A stretch of DNA of 48,333 nucleotides, taken from the NCBI GenBank assembly GCA_017504065.1, contig JAFVRU010000176.1, positions 1-48,333 of the forward strand, given 5' to 3'. Below the pieces are notes generated by a model. That model was not told the DNA's origin. It did no database searches and worked only from the letters and a program-made list of their open reading frames with translations. Below are positions 1 to 8,982 of this stretch, one piece after another. The stretch's first letter is position 1, and every line of letters begins with the position of its first letter. This DNA is from Clostridia bacterium (GTDB lineage: Bacteria > Bacillota > Clostridia > Christensenellales > Borkfalkiaceae). Position numbers and translations under genes: made by a program.

Positions 1-19
1 GGGTTTTCCCGGGCACAAC

Positions 20-1216
20 TCAATCGACCGCTTGCATGAAATTGATGATATTCACCATCGTCCGATAAGGCAGCGCCGACGTAATATCCCCCGCCACCGC
101 GTCTTTCAAAGTAGGACGGACGTTGGAACGGGAAAGTTCGTCCTGCCAAGTCCGTTTACCGCTCAATATATCCCCGTACCGCTGCACGAGTATTTGACCA
201 GCGCCGAGCATATTCGCAAGCTCCCCGATCTTTTTCGCGTAGGCGATCGGTTGATTGAACGGATAAGAAAAATGATGCGAACAAAGAATGGATACGTTGG
301 TGTTTTCCGTCTTTAAGTCTTTAAAGCTGTGCCCGTTGACGACGGCAAGCCGATCGTCGTAATTCTCCTGCGAAACAAACCCGCCCGGATTTTGACAAAA
401 AGTACGTACTTTGTTTTTGAATGGTAACGGATAGCCGATGAGTTTGGATTCGTACAACGTCTTATTCACCGTTTCCATAATCTCGTTGCGCACTTCTACC
501 CGTACGCCGATATCCACAACTCCTGCCGTATGCTCTACTCCGTACCGCTCGCAAACGCTCTCCAGCCAACCCGCGCCCCGCCTGCCCGTCGCAATGACGG
601 TATGCTTCGCAAAAATCTCCAACGTTTGGCTGCCGTCCGATTTCGTAACAGTTACGCCTTTGCAAACTCCGTCTTGTACGATCGGCGCGTTGCACTCGTA
701 CTCAAACAAAATTCCCACGCCGTTTTCCTGCAAGTACTTTTCGATCGCAAGATACAGCGCTTGCGCTTTCTCCGTCCCGATATGCCGTATCGGACAGTCG
801 ACGAGCTTGAGCCCCGCGCGAATCGCGCGTTTGCGGATTTCTTTGACTTCGTCGTTTCTATCCAAGCCTTCGATTTTCTCGTCCGCGCCGAATTCCAAAT
901 AGATTTTGTCGGTATATTCGATGGTTTCTTGCGCCTTTTCCGCGCCAATGAGCTCGGGCAGATCGCCCCCGACTTCGAAACTCAACGAAAGTTTCCCGTC
1001 CGAGAACGCGCCCGCGCCCGAAAACCCCGTCGTGATATGACAATAGGGCTTACAATCCACGCATTTGTTCGTTTTGTTCTTCGGACAACGCCGATTTTCC
1101 ACCGACTTGCCCTTTTCCACAATTACGATCTTCTTTTTACTGCCTTTACGCAGCATCTCGATCGCCGTGAAGATCCCCGCAGGACCTGCGCCTACGATGA
1201 CTACGTCCGTTTTCAA
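20..1216 (-). CDS. FAD-dependent oxidoreductase (COG2509-like, Cys-rich insert)
   Basis: 398-aa ORF. Rossmann dinucleotide motif VVIVGAGPAGIF, Cys cluster CPKNKTNKCVDCKPYC, then GFSGAGAFSDGKL. Apparent TTG start at 1214-1216 preceded by AAGGAG. Confidence 0.75.
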   Translation of the reverse strand: MKTDVVIVGAGPAGIFTAIEMLRKGSKKKIVIVEKGKSVENRRCPKNKTNKCVDCKPYCHITTGFSGAGAFSDGKLSLSFEVGGDLPELIGAEKAQETIEYTDKIYLEFGADEKIEGLDRNDEVKEIRKRAIRAGLKLVDCPIRHIGTEKAQALYLAIEKYLQENGVGILFEYECNAPIVQDGVCKGVTVTKSDGSQTLEIFAKHTVIATGRRGAGWLESVCERYGVEHTAGVVDIGVRVEVRNEIMETVNKTLYESKLIGYPLPFKNKVRTFCQNPGGFVSQENYDDRLAVVNGHSFKDLKTENTNVSILCSHHFSYPFNQPIAYAKKIGELANMLGAGQILVQRYGDILSGKRTWQDELSRSNVRPTLKDAVAGDITSALPYRTMVNIINFMQAVD

Positions 1217-1327
1217 AATCTATCCGCTCCTTTTTTTGTCTTTATTCTTGCATATTTGCATATTCAACGCATACCTGTATGCGCCTTTTAATTATATATA
1301 CCCCTTTTTTCGACTTTACAAACAAAA

Positions 1328-1350
1328 CGTCCGAACCTTACGTTCGGACG
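1328..1350 (-). terminator. Intrinsic terminator after the CrtO-like gene
   Basis: 9-bp stem CGTCCGAAC/GTTCGGACG with a 5-nt loop, followed on the minus strand by TTTTGTTTG. Confidence 0.6.
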
Positions 1351-1365
1351 CAGCATTTGTAGCGA

Positions 1366-1941
1366 TCAAGCCGCTATTCGGCTCTGTTTTTTTAAGTTGC
1401 TTTTGCGCAGGATCACGAGTTTGTAGGAATTGTACCGCAAAATGAACAGCGACGGCAAATTCATAAAGATATTGATGATCGCAACGGGAATAGAAACCGC
1501 AAACCAAATATCTGTCAAAGGATAAAAGAGTAGTAGCGTGAACCCGAGAAATACGCTGAAAAAGTGCCCGATTTCACCGTAACAGATTTCGAGCAAAAAC
1601 CGATCGAGATATTCCACGCTCTTGGGATCGACGATCTTGTTTTTCCGAAAGCCTGTAAATTGTCCGATTTCGGGAACTTTGTCCTTCCACTTACGAATTT
1701 TTAGTTTCTCGTAAAACTTCTTTTCTTTCGCGGAAACGGTGAACACTTTCGCTTCGTGCCTTGCGCACTTTTTCGGCAACAGTCGCGCAATCGTAGATAC
1801 CAACCCGTCGATCGCAATCACGATCACGACCGCAAGCGCCGTAAAACCGAGTACGTACAAATACCCTTCGCCGCTGGCAAACGATACGATAGGCGTAATC
1901 ACCATCACACAACAAAATATGATCAATAAGTACAATTTCAT
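1366..1941 (-). CDS. Small polytopic membrane protein, CrtO-like (glycosyl-4,4'-diaponeurosporenoate acyltransferase family) candidate
   Basis: I start the ORF at the internal ATG (MKLYLLIIF) at 1939-1941, which forms an ATGA overlap with the upstream stop. Motifs IRKWKDKVPE, EICYGEIGH and NLPSLFILRYNSYKL resemble S. aureus CrtO as I remember it. Confidence 0.5.
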   Translation of the reverse strand: MKLYLLIIFCCVMVITPIVSFASGEGYLYVLGFTALAVVIVIAIDGLVSTIARLLPKKCARHEAKVFTVSAKEKKFYEKLKIRKWKDKVPEIGQFTGFRKNKIVDPKSVEYLDRFLLEICYGEIGHFFSVFLGFTLLLFYPLTDIWFAVSIPVAIINIFMNLPSLFILRYNSYKLVILRKSNLKKQSRIAA

Positions 1942-2792
1942 TCCTGAGTTTCCTTTTCGGTGGTATATACGAGCGGAATTCCGTACACTTCTTCGTATTT
2001 CGCTTTGCACGCCGCGTACGCTTCGTCCCGCATCTTTTCCGCGCAAACTTTCGAACCCAAGCTTGGATCGGGATAAATCGGCGGCATAATATGCAAGGTA
2101 TGGCGTTGGAGCGGGAAACCGTCCCCGCCGATCACGTCGGAATCTTGCATGGTAATAAACATCGGTATAACGGGTACGTTCGCCCGAACCGCCATTTTAA
2201 ATCCGCCGAGCTTGAACGGACGGGGTTTCCGATAATTCCACCACATACCTTGCTCGGGATAAATCAAAATCGTTTCCCCACGCTGTAAAAGCGTGTTGCA
2301 TGCCGACATAAAGTTCACCATCGTGCGTTTGTTCGACGACAGGGGCAACGTATTGCAATGACGGAGTATAAAGCCCAAAAATCCGGGGAAATTGGTGTAA
2401 TTCCCTTCCCGAATGATCTTGTATAAATATTTTCTCGGCAAATATTTCCGAATGCAATGGAAAATGATATAGTTATCGGGCACGGCAAAGTGATTGCAAG
2501 TAATGATCGCGCCGTTTTTTAACGCTTCCAAATGTTCGATCCCTTGCGGCTGTTCAATCAGCACTTGCCCTTTCTTGATCATTTTCAAAAAGAACCGATC
2601 ACCCAAGAAATTCGCCCATTTCGTCGCGATTTTGCTCGACAACTTTTTGTTGAGATAATCGACCTGATCGGGCAACAGCTCGGGCGCGGGCGGATCGTTT
2701 TCTACGTCTTGATCAAACCAGCCCTTTTTCTCGTATTCTTCAATTTTTTTGAGTATCTCTACCCGATCGGGCGCAAGCTTCGTCTCGTCCAT
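1938..2792 (-). CDS. PlsC-family (lysophospholipid/1-acyl-glycerol-3-phosphate type) acyltransferase
   Basis: 284 aa. NHxxxxD acyltransferase motif as CNHFAVPD, followed by IYPEQG and a PVIP block. Confidence 0.7.
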   Translation of the reverse strand: MDETKLAPDRVEILKKIEEYEKKGWFDQDVENDPPAPELLPDQVDYLNKKLSSKIATKWANFLGDRFFLKMIKKGQVLIEQPQGIEHLEALKNGAIITCNHFAVPDNYIIFHCIRKYLPRKYLYKIIREGNYTNFPGFLGFILRHCNTLPLSSNKRTMVNFMSACNTLLQRGETILIYPEQGMWWNYRKPRPFKLGGFKMAVRANVPVIPMFITMQDSDVIGGDGFPLQRHTLHIMPPIYPDPSLGSKVCAEKMRDEAYAACKAKYEEVYGIPLVYTTEKETQE

Positions 2793-2823
2793 GCCTATCC
2801 CCTTTTCATTTTTTTCGTTCGTT

Positions 2824-3876
2824 TTATACGTTTCCGTAACGTTTTCCGTAGACCTTGAAATAACCGTCGACGCGGTCGATCTCGCTCTGCGCGAGCGCTT
2901 TCAAACTCGCTTCCTGCGCCTTGCCCTGTTCGACTCCCGTTTCATCAAAAGAATCTTTCATCGCTTTGATGATCCCGTAAAACTCCGTCTTTTCCGCGTA
3001 TTCCCAGAAATATTCCTGATAGGGAATATCGTCGTAGCACCAAGGCTTCCAAGACATCAAATAGTGCACGAGCCGCAAATCTTCTCTCGGCATATAGTCG
3101 GGTGCAACGGGCGTTTTGTTCCACGCGCGCGGGAGCTGCAATACCCGATCTTGACAAAGTACGTTGAGATAATCTTCGTCCTGAATGACGGTAAATTTAT
3201 ATTTCTTCAAAAGATCGGCGAACTGTTCGTAGAAATTCTCGTCGCGGAACGCTTTCAAATTCATCAAAACCACGCCTGCGTTAAAGAAATAATCGGGATT
3301 CAAACCGTCTACTTTGGTAACGTAATCCTTGTAAATTTGGAAACTGTTCACCCCTTCGCAAGGCGCACCTGCAAGCAGATTGTTTCCTAAATCAAAGGAA
3401 TACAGCTCGGTAATATCTCCTAAAATGACCGTATCGCTATCCAAATACAGCGCTTTATCATATTGGGGGAACATACCCGCAATGAAAATACGGAAATACG
3501 TCGTCGCCGTGTAATAATCGCGCATGTGCAAAAATTCTTTGATCGTTTGCAACCGTTCCGTAACGTCCACGAACGAAATTTCGAAGTTTTCTTCCGATTG
3601 ACGCAGAATCATTTCCATATAATCTTTTTGAATCCCTGAGTGTAACACGTGAATTTCATACCGATACTCTTTCGACGAGTTTTCCCGCAAAGACTTCAAC
3701 GCAATCGACATAAACGGCAAATAGTTGTTATCCGTTGCAAAAAACAAAGGAATTACTTGCCCTTTTCCCAACTTTTCATGACGAAGACTGGGATTGTCCT
3801 TTTCCGTCTGCGGCGTTAAAATCCTTACGTCCGCTTCATTCCAACCCCGTCTTTTCATACATTTCTTTTCGCTCAT
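2824..3876 (-). CDS. Glycosyltransferase family 8
   Basis: 350 aa. FFATDNNYLPFMSIALKSL, LYLDSDTVILGDITELY (DxD) and NAGVVLMNLKAFR are typical GT8 blocks. Confidence 0.8.
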   Translation of the reverse strand: MSEKKCMKRRGWNEADVRILTPQTEKDNPSLRHEKLGKGQVIPLFFATDNNYLPFMSIALKSLRENSSKEYRYEIHVLHSGIQKDYMEMILRQSEENFEISFVDVTERLQTIKEFLHMRDYYTATTYFRIFIAGMFPQYDKALYLDSDTVILGDITELYSFDLGNNLLAGAPCEGVNSFQIYKDYVTKVDGLNPDYFFNAGVVLMNLKAFRDENFYEQFADLLKKYKFTVIQDEDYLNVLCQDRVLQLPRAWNKTPVAPDYMPREDLRLVHYLMSWKPWCYDDIPYQEYFWEYAEKTEFYGIIKAMKDSFDETGVEQGKAQEASLKALAQSEIDRVDGYFKVYGKRYGNV

Positions 3877-4053
3877 ACCTTTTTACTCCTAATCGTTTTT
3901 GTCTTATAGACAAACCGAGTGTGTTTTTCGTCCGTAACTACGGGCGTTTTGACATTTTCCATCGGTTATTATATCGTATTTCCCAATAAAAGACAACCTT
4001 TTCTCTCCGAAATGCATTCCACTATCCAAAAAATCACTCTACCCACAATAGAA

Positions 4054-4082
4054 AAGCCACTCTACCGTGAGTAGAGCGGCTT
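4054..4082 (-). terminator. Intrinsic terminator after dtd
   Basis: Minus strand AAGCCGCTCTAC-TCACG-GTAGAGTGGCTT (one G-U/mismatch position), followed by TTCTATT. Confidence 0.55.
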
Positions 4083-4101
4083 ATTTTCAGACTTTTTTGG
4101 C

Positions 4102-4548
4102 TTATTTTCCGTCTGCATCCATTAAAATTGTAACAGGACCGTCGTTGTATTGTTCAATTTTCATATCCGCGCCAAACACGCCTTGTTTGACGGTTACCCC
4201 CTGTTCGCGCAGGCGCTCCGCCGCATATTCGTATAACGCTTCCGCCCGTTCAGGGCGTTCCGCAAGCGAAAAACTCGGCCGAGTGCCTTTCGAAGTATCC
4301 CCGTATAAAGTGAACTGCGACACAAGCAGCACTTCTCCACCCACGTCTTTGACGGACAAATTCATTTTCCCGTCCGCGTCTTCGAATATCCGCAAATTAG
4401 CAATTTTTTTCGCCAAATACTCCGCTTGAGATTCCCGATCTCCGACGCCGACCCCCAAGTACACGGTCAAGCCGAACGGAATTTCCGAAATCAACGTTCC
4501 GTCCACGGACAAAGACGTTTGTTTTACTCTTTGCACAACTGCTTTCAT
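4102..4548 (-). CDS. dtd: D-aminoacyl-tRNA deacylase
   Basis: MKAVVQRV... SQFTLYGDTSKGTRPSF ... is full-length Dtd-like. Start moved to the ATG at 4546-4548, which has GGAG 8 nt upstream. Confidence 0.9.
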   Translation of the reverse strand: MKAVVQRVKQTSLSVDGTLISEIPFGLTVYLGVGVGDRESQAEYLAKKIANLRIFEDADGKMNLSVKDVGGEVLLVSQFTLYGDTSKGTRPSFSLAERPERAEALYEYAAERLREQGVTVKQGVFGADMKIEQYNDGPVTILMDADGK

Positions 4549-4570
4549 AGTATTTTCTCCGTAGTAGAAC

Positions 4571-4598
4571 AAAATGCAGGACGTTGATCCTGCATTTT
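4571..4598 (-). terminator. Intrinsic terminator after efp
   Basis: 8-bp stem ATGCAGGA/TCCTGCAT, followed on the minus strand by TTTTGTTCT. Confidence 0.6.
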
Positions 4599-4624
4599 GC
4601 GCTTGTTTACAAATCCTTTCGAGA

Positions 4625-5188
4625 TTAAACTCTGCTCATGTATTCTCCCGTTCTCGTATCGATACGGATCGTTTCGCCTTCTTCTACAAACATAGGAACT
4701 TGGATCGTCGCGCCCGTTTCCACCTTCGCATTCTTCATAACGTTGGTAGCCGTGTTGCCCTTTACGCCCGGTTCAGCTTCGATAACCTTCAATTCTACGA
4801 AGTTTTCAGGTTCAACCGAGAACGCTTTGCCGTAAAGGAATTTCACCGTTACGCTGTCGTTTTCCTTGATGTATTTCAAAGCGTCTTCCACTTGATCAAA
4901 CGTAAGGTTTTCTTGGTTCCATTCTTCGTCTACGAATACGTAGAATTCTCCGTCGAAGTAGGAATACGTCATTTTCTTGGTTTCTACTTGCGCCGATTCG
5001 AGTTTCGTAGTCGGGTTAAACGTTTCGTTGGACAAGACTTGTCCCGTTACAACGTTCTTCAACGTCGCACGAACGAACGCCGCGCCTTTCCCCGGTTTTA
5101 CGTGTTGGAATTCGGTTACGGTGTAAACGCCGCTCTTGTATTCGAATGTTACCCCTTTGCGAATATCGCCTGCCAAAATTTGTGCCAT
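4625..5188 (-). CDS. efp: Elongation factor P
   Basis: 187 aa. The stretch [40 protein letters not shown] is canonical EF-P. Confidence 0.95.
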   Translation of the reverse strand: MAQILAGDIRKGVTFEYKSGVYTVTEFQHVKPGKGAAFVRATLKNVVTGQVLSNETFNPTTKLESAQVETKKMTYSYFDGEFYVFVDEEWNQENLTFDQVEDALKYIKENDSVTVKFLYGKAFSVEPENFVELKVIEAEPGVKGNTATNVMKNAKVETGATIQVPMFVEEGETIRIDTRTGEYMSRV

Positions 5189-5225
5189 ACAGTTTTTCTC
5201 CTTGCTTTCTATTATTTTTTCTTTT

Positions 5226-6281
5226 TTATAAAATTATAAGATTTCTGTCCGTTTTGGACATAAAACTCTTTACTTTTCCGTTTTGTAAAGTGATCGTATC
5301 TTCAATGCGAATCCCAAATTCCCCCGCGAAATACACCCCGGGCTCATCCGAGAACACCATACCGTCTTTCAACTCGCTCTCGCCCATGGGGCTCACCGAC
5401 GGGCTCTCATGCACGTTCAAGCCGATGCCGTGTCCCAAAGAATGCGTGAATTGATCGCCGTAACCCGCGCTCTTTAAATACTCCCTTGCAATCGCGTCCG
5501 CTTCCTTGCCCGTCATGCCGCCGACGAGTTTTTCTTTCACGAGCTCATGCGCGGTCAAAACCGCTTGGTATGCTTTTTTGAATTCATCATGCTTTCCGTC
5601 GTCGCCAAACAGGAACGTACGCGTAATATCCGAATAATACCCATCTACACGACACCCGAAATCGATCAAGATCTCGTCGCCGAAACGGAGTTTCGTCATG
5701 CCCGTTTCATGGTGCGGAACAGCGGCGTGCGCGCCGAACGCTACAATCGTGGGGAACGCCAAGCCCTGCGCCCCGAGTTTCCGCATTCCGTATTCGAGTA
5801 GCGCGGCGACTTCCGTTTCCGTCATACCTTCCTTGATTTCGGGAAGCAGCGCTAAAAACGCTTCTTCCGCGATCTCGCAAGCTTTTTGAATACAGGAAAG
5901 CTCCCACTCGTTCTTCACCGACATTGCTTGCGCGAGCTCCTTGTCGATATCGACGGTTTTCACGCCCGCTTGGGCAAGCGTTTCGTACTCGCTATGGCTC
6001 GTTTGTTTATACGAAATCCCGACGCGGTTATATGCCGCCAAGCGTTTTAACGCTTCGTCGCGCTTATACAAAACCGGCGTTACGTCCGAGCCTTGGAACA
6101 GCTTCTCCGCCGCTTCGATATACCGTTTGTCGGTATACAGCGTCGTACCCGTTTCGTCCACTACGGCAAACCCGTTCTCCGCTTCGAAGCCCGTAATATA
6201 CCGCAATAAAAACTCACAAGAAACGTACACGGCGTCGCAGTCCACAAGTCCCAACACCTTTTTGCCGTTCGTATAAACCAT
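5226..6281 (-). CDS. M24-family Xaa-Pro aminopeptidase
   Basis: 351 aa. Creatinase-like N-domain plus an M24 catalytic domain with metal ligands in [29 protein letters not shown] and FSDEPGVY ... IRIEDT. Confidence 0.85.
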   Translation of the reverse strand: MVYTNGKKVLGLVDCDAVYVSCEFLLRYITGFEAENGFAVVDETGTTLYTDKRYIEAAEKLFQGSDVTPVLYKRDEALKRLAAYNRVGISYKQTSHSEYETLAQAGVKTVDIDKELAQAMSVKNEWELSCIQKACEIAEEAFLALLPEIKEGMTETEVAALLEYGMRKLGAQGLAFPTIVAFGAHAAVPHHETGMTKLRFGDEILIDFGCRVDGYYSDITRTFLFGDDGKHDEFKKAYQAVLTAHELVKEKLVGGMTGKEADAIAREYLKSAGYGDQFTHSLGHGIGLNVHESPSVSPMGESELKDGMVFSDEPGVYFAGEFGIRIEDTITLQNGKVKSFMSKTDRNLIIL

Positions 6282-6382
6282 AATCTTTCACCTTTCTTTA
6301 CTATTTTAGCAAAATTTTTCTTGTTCGTCAAGTGTACGGCGCAGATATCCTTAAATTTTCCGACAAAGACGACAAGTTTTTC

Positions 6383-7228
6383 TCAAATACGTTCGTATAC
6401 CGTTTTCATTGCCAAAGCGTCTTCCGCTTGCGTACCCGACGATTCGCTGACGATATACGGCTGCAAACGCAATTCTTTCAAAGCAACTGCCAGCGGTTCG
6501 AATTCCGGTCCGTAAACCGTATCTTCAAACGTCAAGTGTTTGATCTCACCTTTCACGGAATACATGATCTTGGAAAAATGCACGTGGAAGTGTTCCATTC
6601 TTTCAAACCCAAGCTCGGCAATCAAATACTCGAGCAAGTTTTTATAATCCGCGACCGTTTTTAAGCTGCCCTGCTCCCGCGCGTTGACGTGCCCGAAATC
6701 GACGCACGGCGTATAGATCGGGTCAATCTTACAAAACCGCGCAATTTCTTCCACCGTGCCGATCTGCGCGAGTTTGCCCATCGTTTCAGGACAAAACGTC
6801 AACCCCTGCAAACCGTTTAAATACACGTAATCCCGCAGAATTTTCAAGCGCTCTACGGTTAAAGCTACCGCTTCTTCGCGACTTGCCTTCCCTTGTGCCG
6901 CGGGGTGGAATACCACCCGTTTTCCGCCCATAGCCTGCAAAATTTTCGCCGTATCGAGCACGTAGCCGTAGGATTTCGCTGCCATCTCGTCGTCGGGATT
7001 GGCAAAATTGATAAAGTACGGCGCGTGCGCGGAAATTTCCACCCCCGCGTTTTCAAACGCCGCCCCGATAGAAAGCGCCTTTTCCTGCGTCATGCGCACA
7101 CCGCGCCCGAATGAGTATTCAAAACAGTCCAAGCCCCGTAATTTTACAAACTCCGCCGCTTCTTCCGTATGCGAATAACCCGCCGCGTAAAAACTTTCCG
7201 AGTTCCCGCTCGGTCCAAATTTAATCAT
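6383..7228 (-). CDS. Xylose-isomerase-like TIM-barrel protein, endonuclease IV-like
   Basis: 281 aa. SAHAPYFINFANPDDE and VVFHPAAQG resemble the endonuclease IV (AP endonuclease 2) blocks. The 5' end overlaps the ribF stop by 8 nt. Confidence 0.55.
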   Translation of the reverse strand: MIKFGPSGNSESFYAAGYSHTEEAAEFVKLRGLDCFEYSFGRGVRMTQEKALSIGAAFENAGVEISAHAPYFINFANPDDEMAAKSYGYVLDTAKILQAMGGKRVVFHPAAQGKASREEAVALTVERLKILRDYVYLNGLQGLTFCPETMGKLAQIGTVEEIARFCKIDPIYTPCVDFGHVNAREQGSLKTVADYKNLLEYLIAELGFERMEHFHVHFSKIMYSVKGEIKHLTFEDTVYGPEFEPLAVALKELRLQPYIVSESSGTQAEDALAMKTVYERI

Positions 7229-8090
7229 TTTCCCGTACTCTCCTTATATCTTCCGTCAACTGCGCTTTGAGTTCTTCCGCGCCCCCGTATTTTCGGATCT
7301 CCCGCAAAAACCGCACGAACCGTACGCAGAGCGTACGCCCGTACAAATCCCCGTCAAATCCGTCCAAATACGTTTCCGTAACCACCGTCCGATCGTCGAA
7401 GGTCGGGCGAGCGCCGTAGTTCGTGATGCCTTTGTAGTCCTTTCCGTCCAACGTTACGCGCGTTTCGTATACGCCCTTTTTCAAGGCGTATTTCTCTTTT
7501 GGATAGACTATATTCGCCGTCGGGAATCCCATCATTCGACCGACTTGCCGATCGCGTACGACTTCCCCGATTAAGAAAAATTCTTCACCAAGCAGCGCAT
7601 TCGCTTTCTCCGTTTCTCCTGCCGACAAGTGGCGCTTGATCGCCGTCGAACTGACTTTTTCGCCTTGGTACTGCACAAGCGGATAACTTTCAACGCTTAC
7701 CTGCCCCTGCGCTTTCAACGTTTCAGGCGTACCCGCCGCCCCTGCTCCGAAACGGAAATCTTCTCCGCAAACGAACAGTTTCGGTTGAAATTCCCGAAAC
7801 AATACCCCCAAAAACTCCGTCGGGGTCAAGTCTTTTATTTCCGCGAACGGCAGCTCAAACACGAAATCCACGCCGTTCTCCCGAAAAATCTTTTCACGTT
7901 CGGAAAAGGTGAACAAATTCCCGTCCGATTTCCCGCCAACGATGGTCATAAGCCCCACGGGCAGTCCGCTCGCTTTCGCGCGCGACAATAGGAACCGGTG
8001 TCCCAAATGCAACCCGTCGAACCCGCCGAGCAGCATAGCCGTGCCCTGCGAAATATCCCGTTTTTCCGTCAGCCAAACCGTTTTTAACAT
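7221..8090 (-). CDS. ribF: Bifunctional riboflavin kinase / FMN adenylyltransferase
   Basis: 289 aa. GGFDGLHLGHRFLL nucleotidyltransferase motif and a C-terminal riboflavin kinase domain (GFPTANI, GITNYGARPTF). Confidence 0.9.
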   Translation of the reverse strand: MLKTVWLTEKRDISQGTAMLLGGFDGLHLGHRFLLSRAKASGLPVGLMTIVGGKSDGNLFTFSEREKIFRENGVDFVFELPFAEIKDLTPTEFLGVLFREFQPKLFVCGEDFRFGAGAAGTPETLKAQGQVSVESYPLVQYQGEKVSSTAIKRHLSAGETEKANALLGEEFFLIGEVVRDRQVGRMMGFPTANIVYPKEKYALKKGVYETRVTLDGKDYKGITNYGARPTFDDRTVVTETYLDGFDGDLYGRTLCVRFVRFLREIRKYGGAEELKAQLTEDIRRVREND

Positions 8091-8965
8091 AATTTCGTCT
8101 TTGTCTTCGCCTTTCCGTCCGTTACTTCCGCGAGCCCGTAAAATTGCCCGCCTTGATCGATCGTATACGTGCCGTCAGGGAACTCCGTCCGCACCGCCAT
8201 ACCGTTGAACAGTTTTTTCTCGTCGCTTTCCGATACGCAGAGTTTCGGGAACGGCAACACGCTTTCCGTCGGAATCAGGAAATTTTCTAGCTCCGCAAGC
8301 GACGGATCTTTTTCCAATTCCGCAAACTCGATCGCGTTGTCCAACGTAAATACTACGCTTTTCGTACGGAGCAATTTACTCATCACCGCGTTCGTGCCGA
8401 GCGCCGCAGCGAGATCGCGCGCAATCGAGCGGATATACGTTCCGCCCCCGCAACGGATCTTGAAATTGTAGGCGTTTTCCGTTTCCGCTTCGCCGAGCAA
8501 TTCCACGCTGTCGATTCGCACCGCTTTGGGCTGTAATTCAAACTCCACCCCCGCGCGCGCGAGCTCGTAACCGCGTTTGCCGTTCACGTTTTTCGCGCTG
8601 TATTTCGGCGGCATTTGCAAAACGTCGCCCGTGAGCGACGGCAAAACGGCTTGAATTTCTTGCGCCGTCGGGATTCTCCCGCCGTACGTCAGCTCGCCCG
8701 TGCTATCCAGCGTATCCGAAGCAACGCCAAACGTGAATTCCGCAACGTATTCCTTTTCCTTATTTAAAAAATAGTCGAACAGCCTAGTCGCGTTCCCCAC
8801 GCCGACGGGCAAAACGCCGCTCGCCAACGGGTCGAGCGTACCCATGTGTCCGCAAGGCACGCCCGTCAGCCATTTGAGCTTGTTTACGACCTTCGACGAA
8901 ACCATGCCCGACGGTTTATGGACGTTAAAGAACCCGAGTTTTTGTAGTTTTTCCGTTCGCTTCAC
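8084..8965 (-). CDS. truB: tRNA pseudouridine(55) synthase
   Basis: 293 aa. GHMGTLDPLASGVLPVGVGNATR contains the catalytic Asp motif. Confidence 0.9.
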   Translation of the reverse strand: MKRTEKLQKLGFFNVHKPSGMVSSKVVNKLKWLTGVPCGHMGTLDPLASGVLPVGVGNATRLFDYFLNKEKEYVAEFTFGVASDTLDSTGELTYGGRIPTAQEIQAVLPSLTGDVLQMPPKYSAKNVNGKRGYELARAGVEFELQPKAVRIDSVELLGEAETENAYNFKIRCGGGTYIRSIARDLAAALGTNAVMSKLLRTKSVVFTLDNAIEFAELEKDPSLAELENFLIPTESVLPFPKLCVSESDEKKLFNGMAVRTEFPDGTYTIDQGGQFYGLAEVTDGKAKTKTKLC

Positions 8966-8982
8966 TTCCAGCTCCTTACCAA

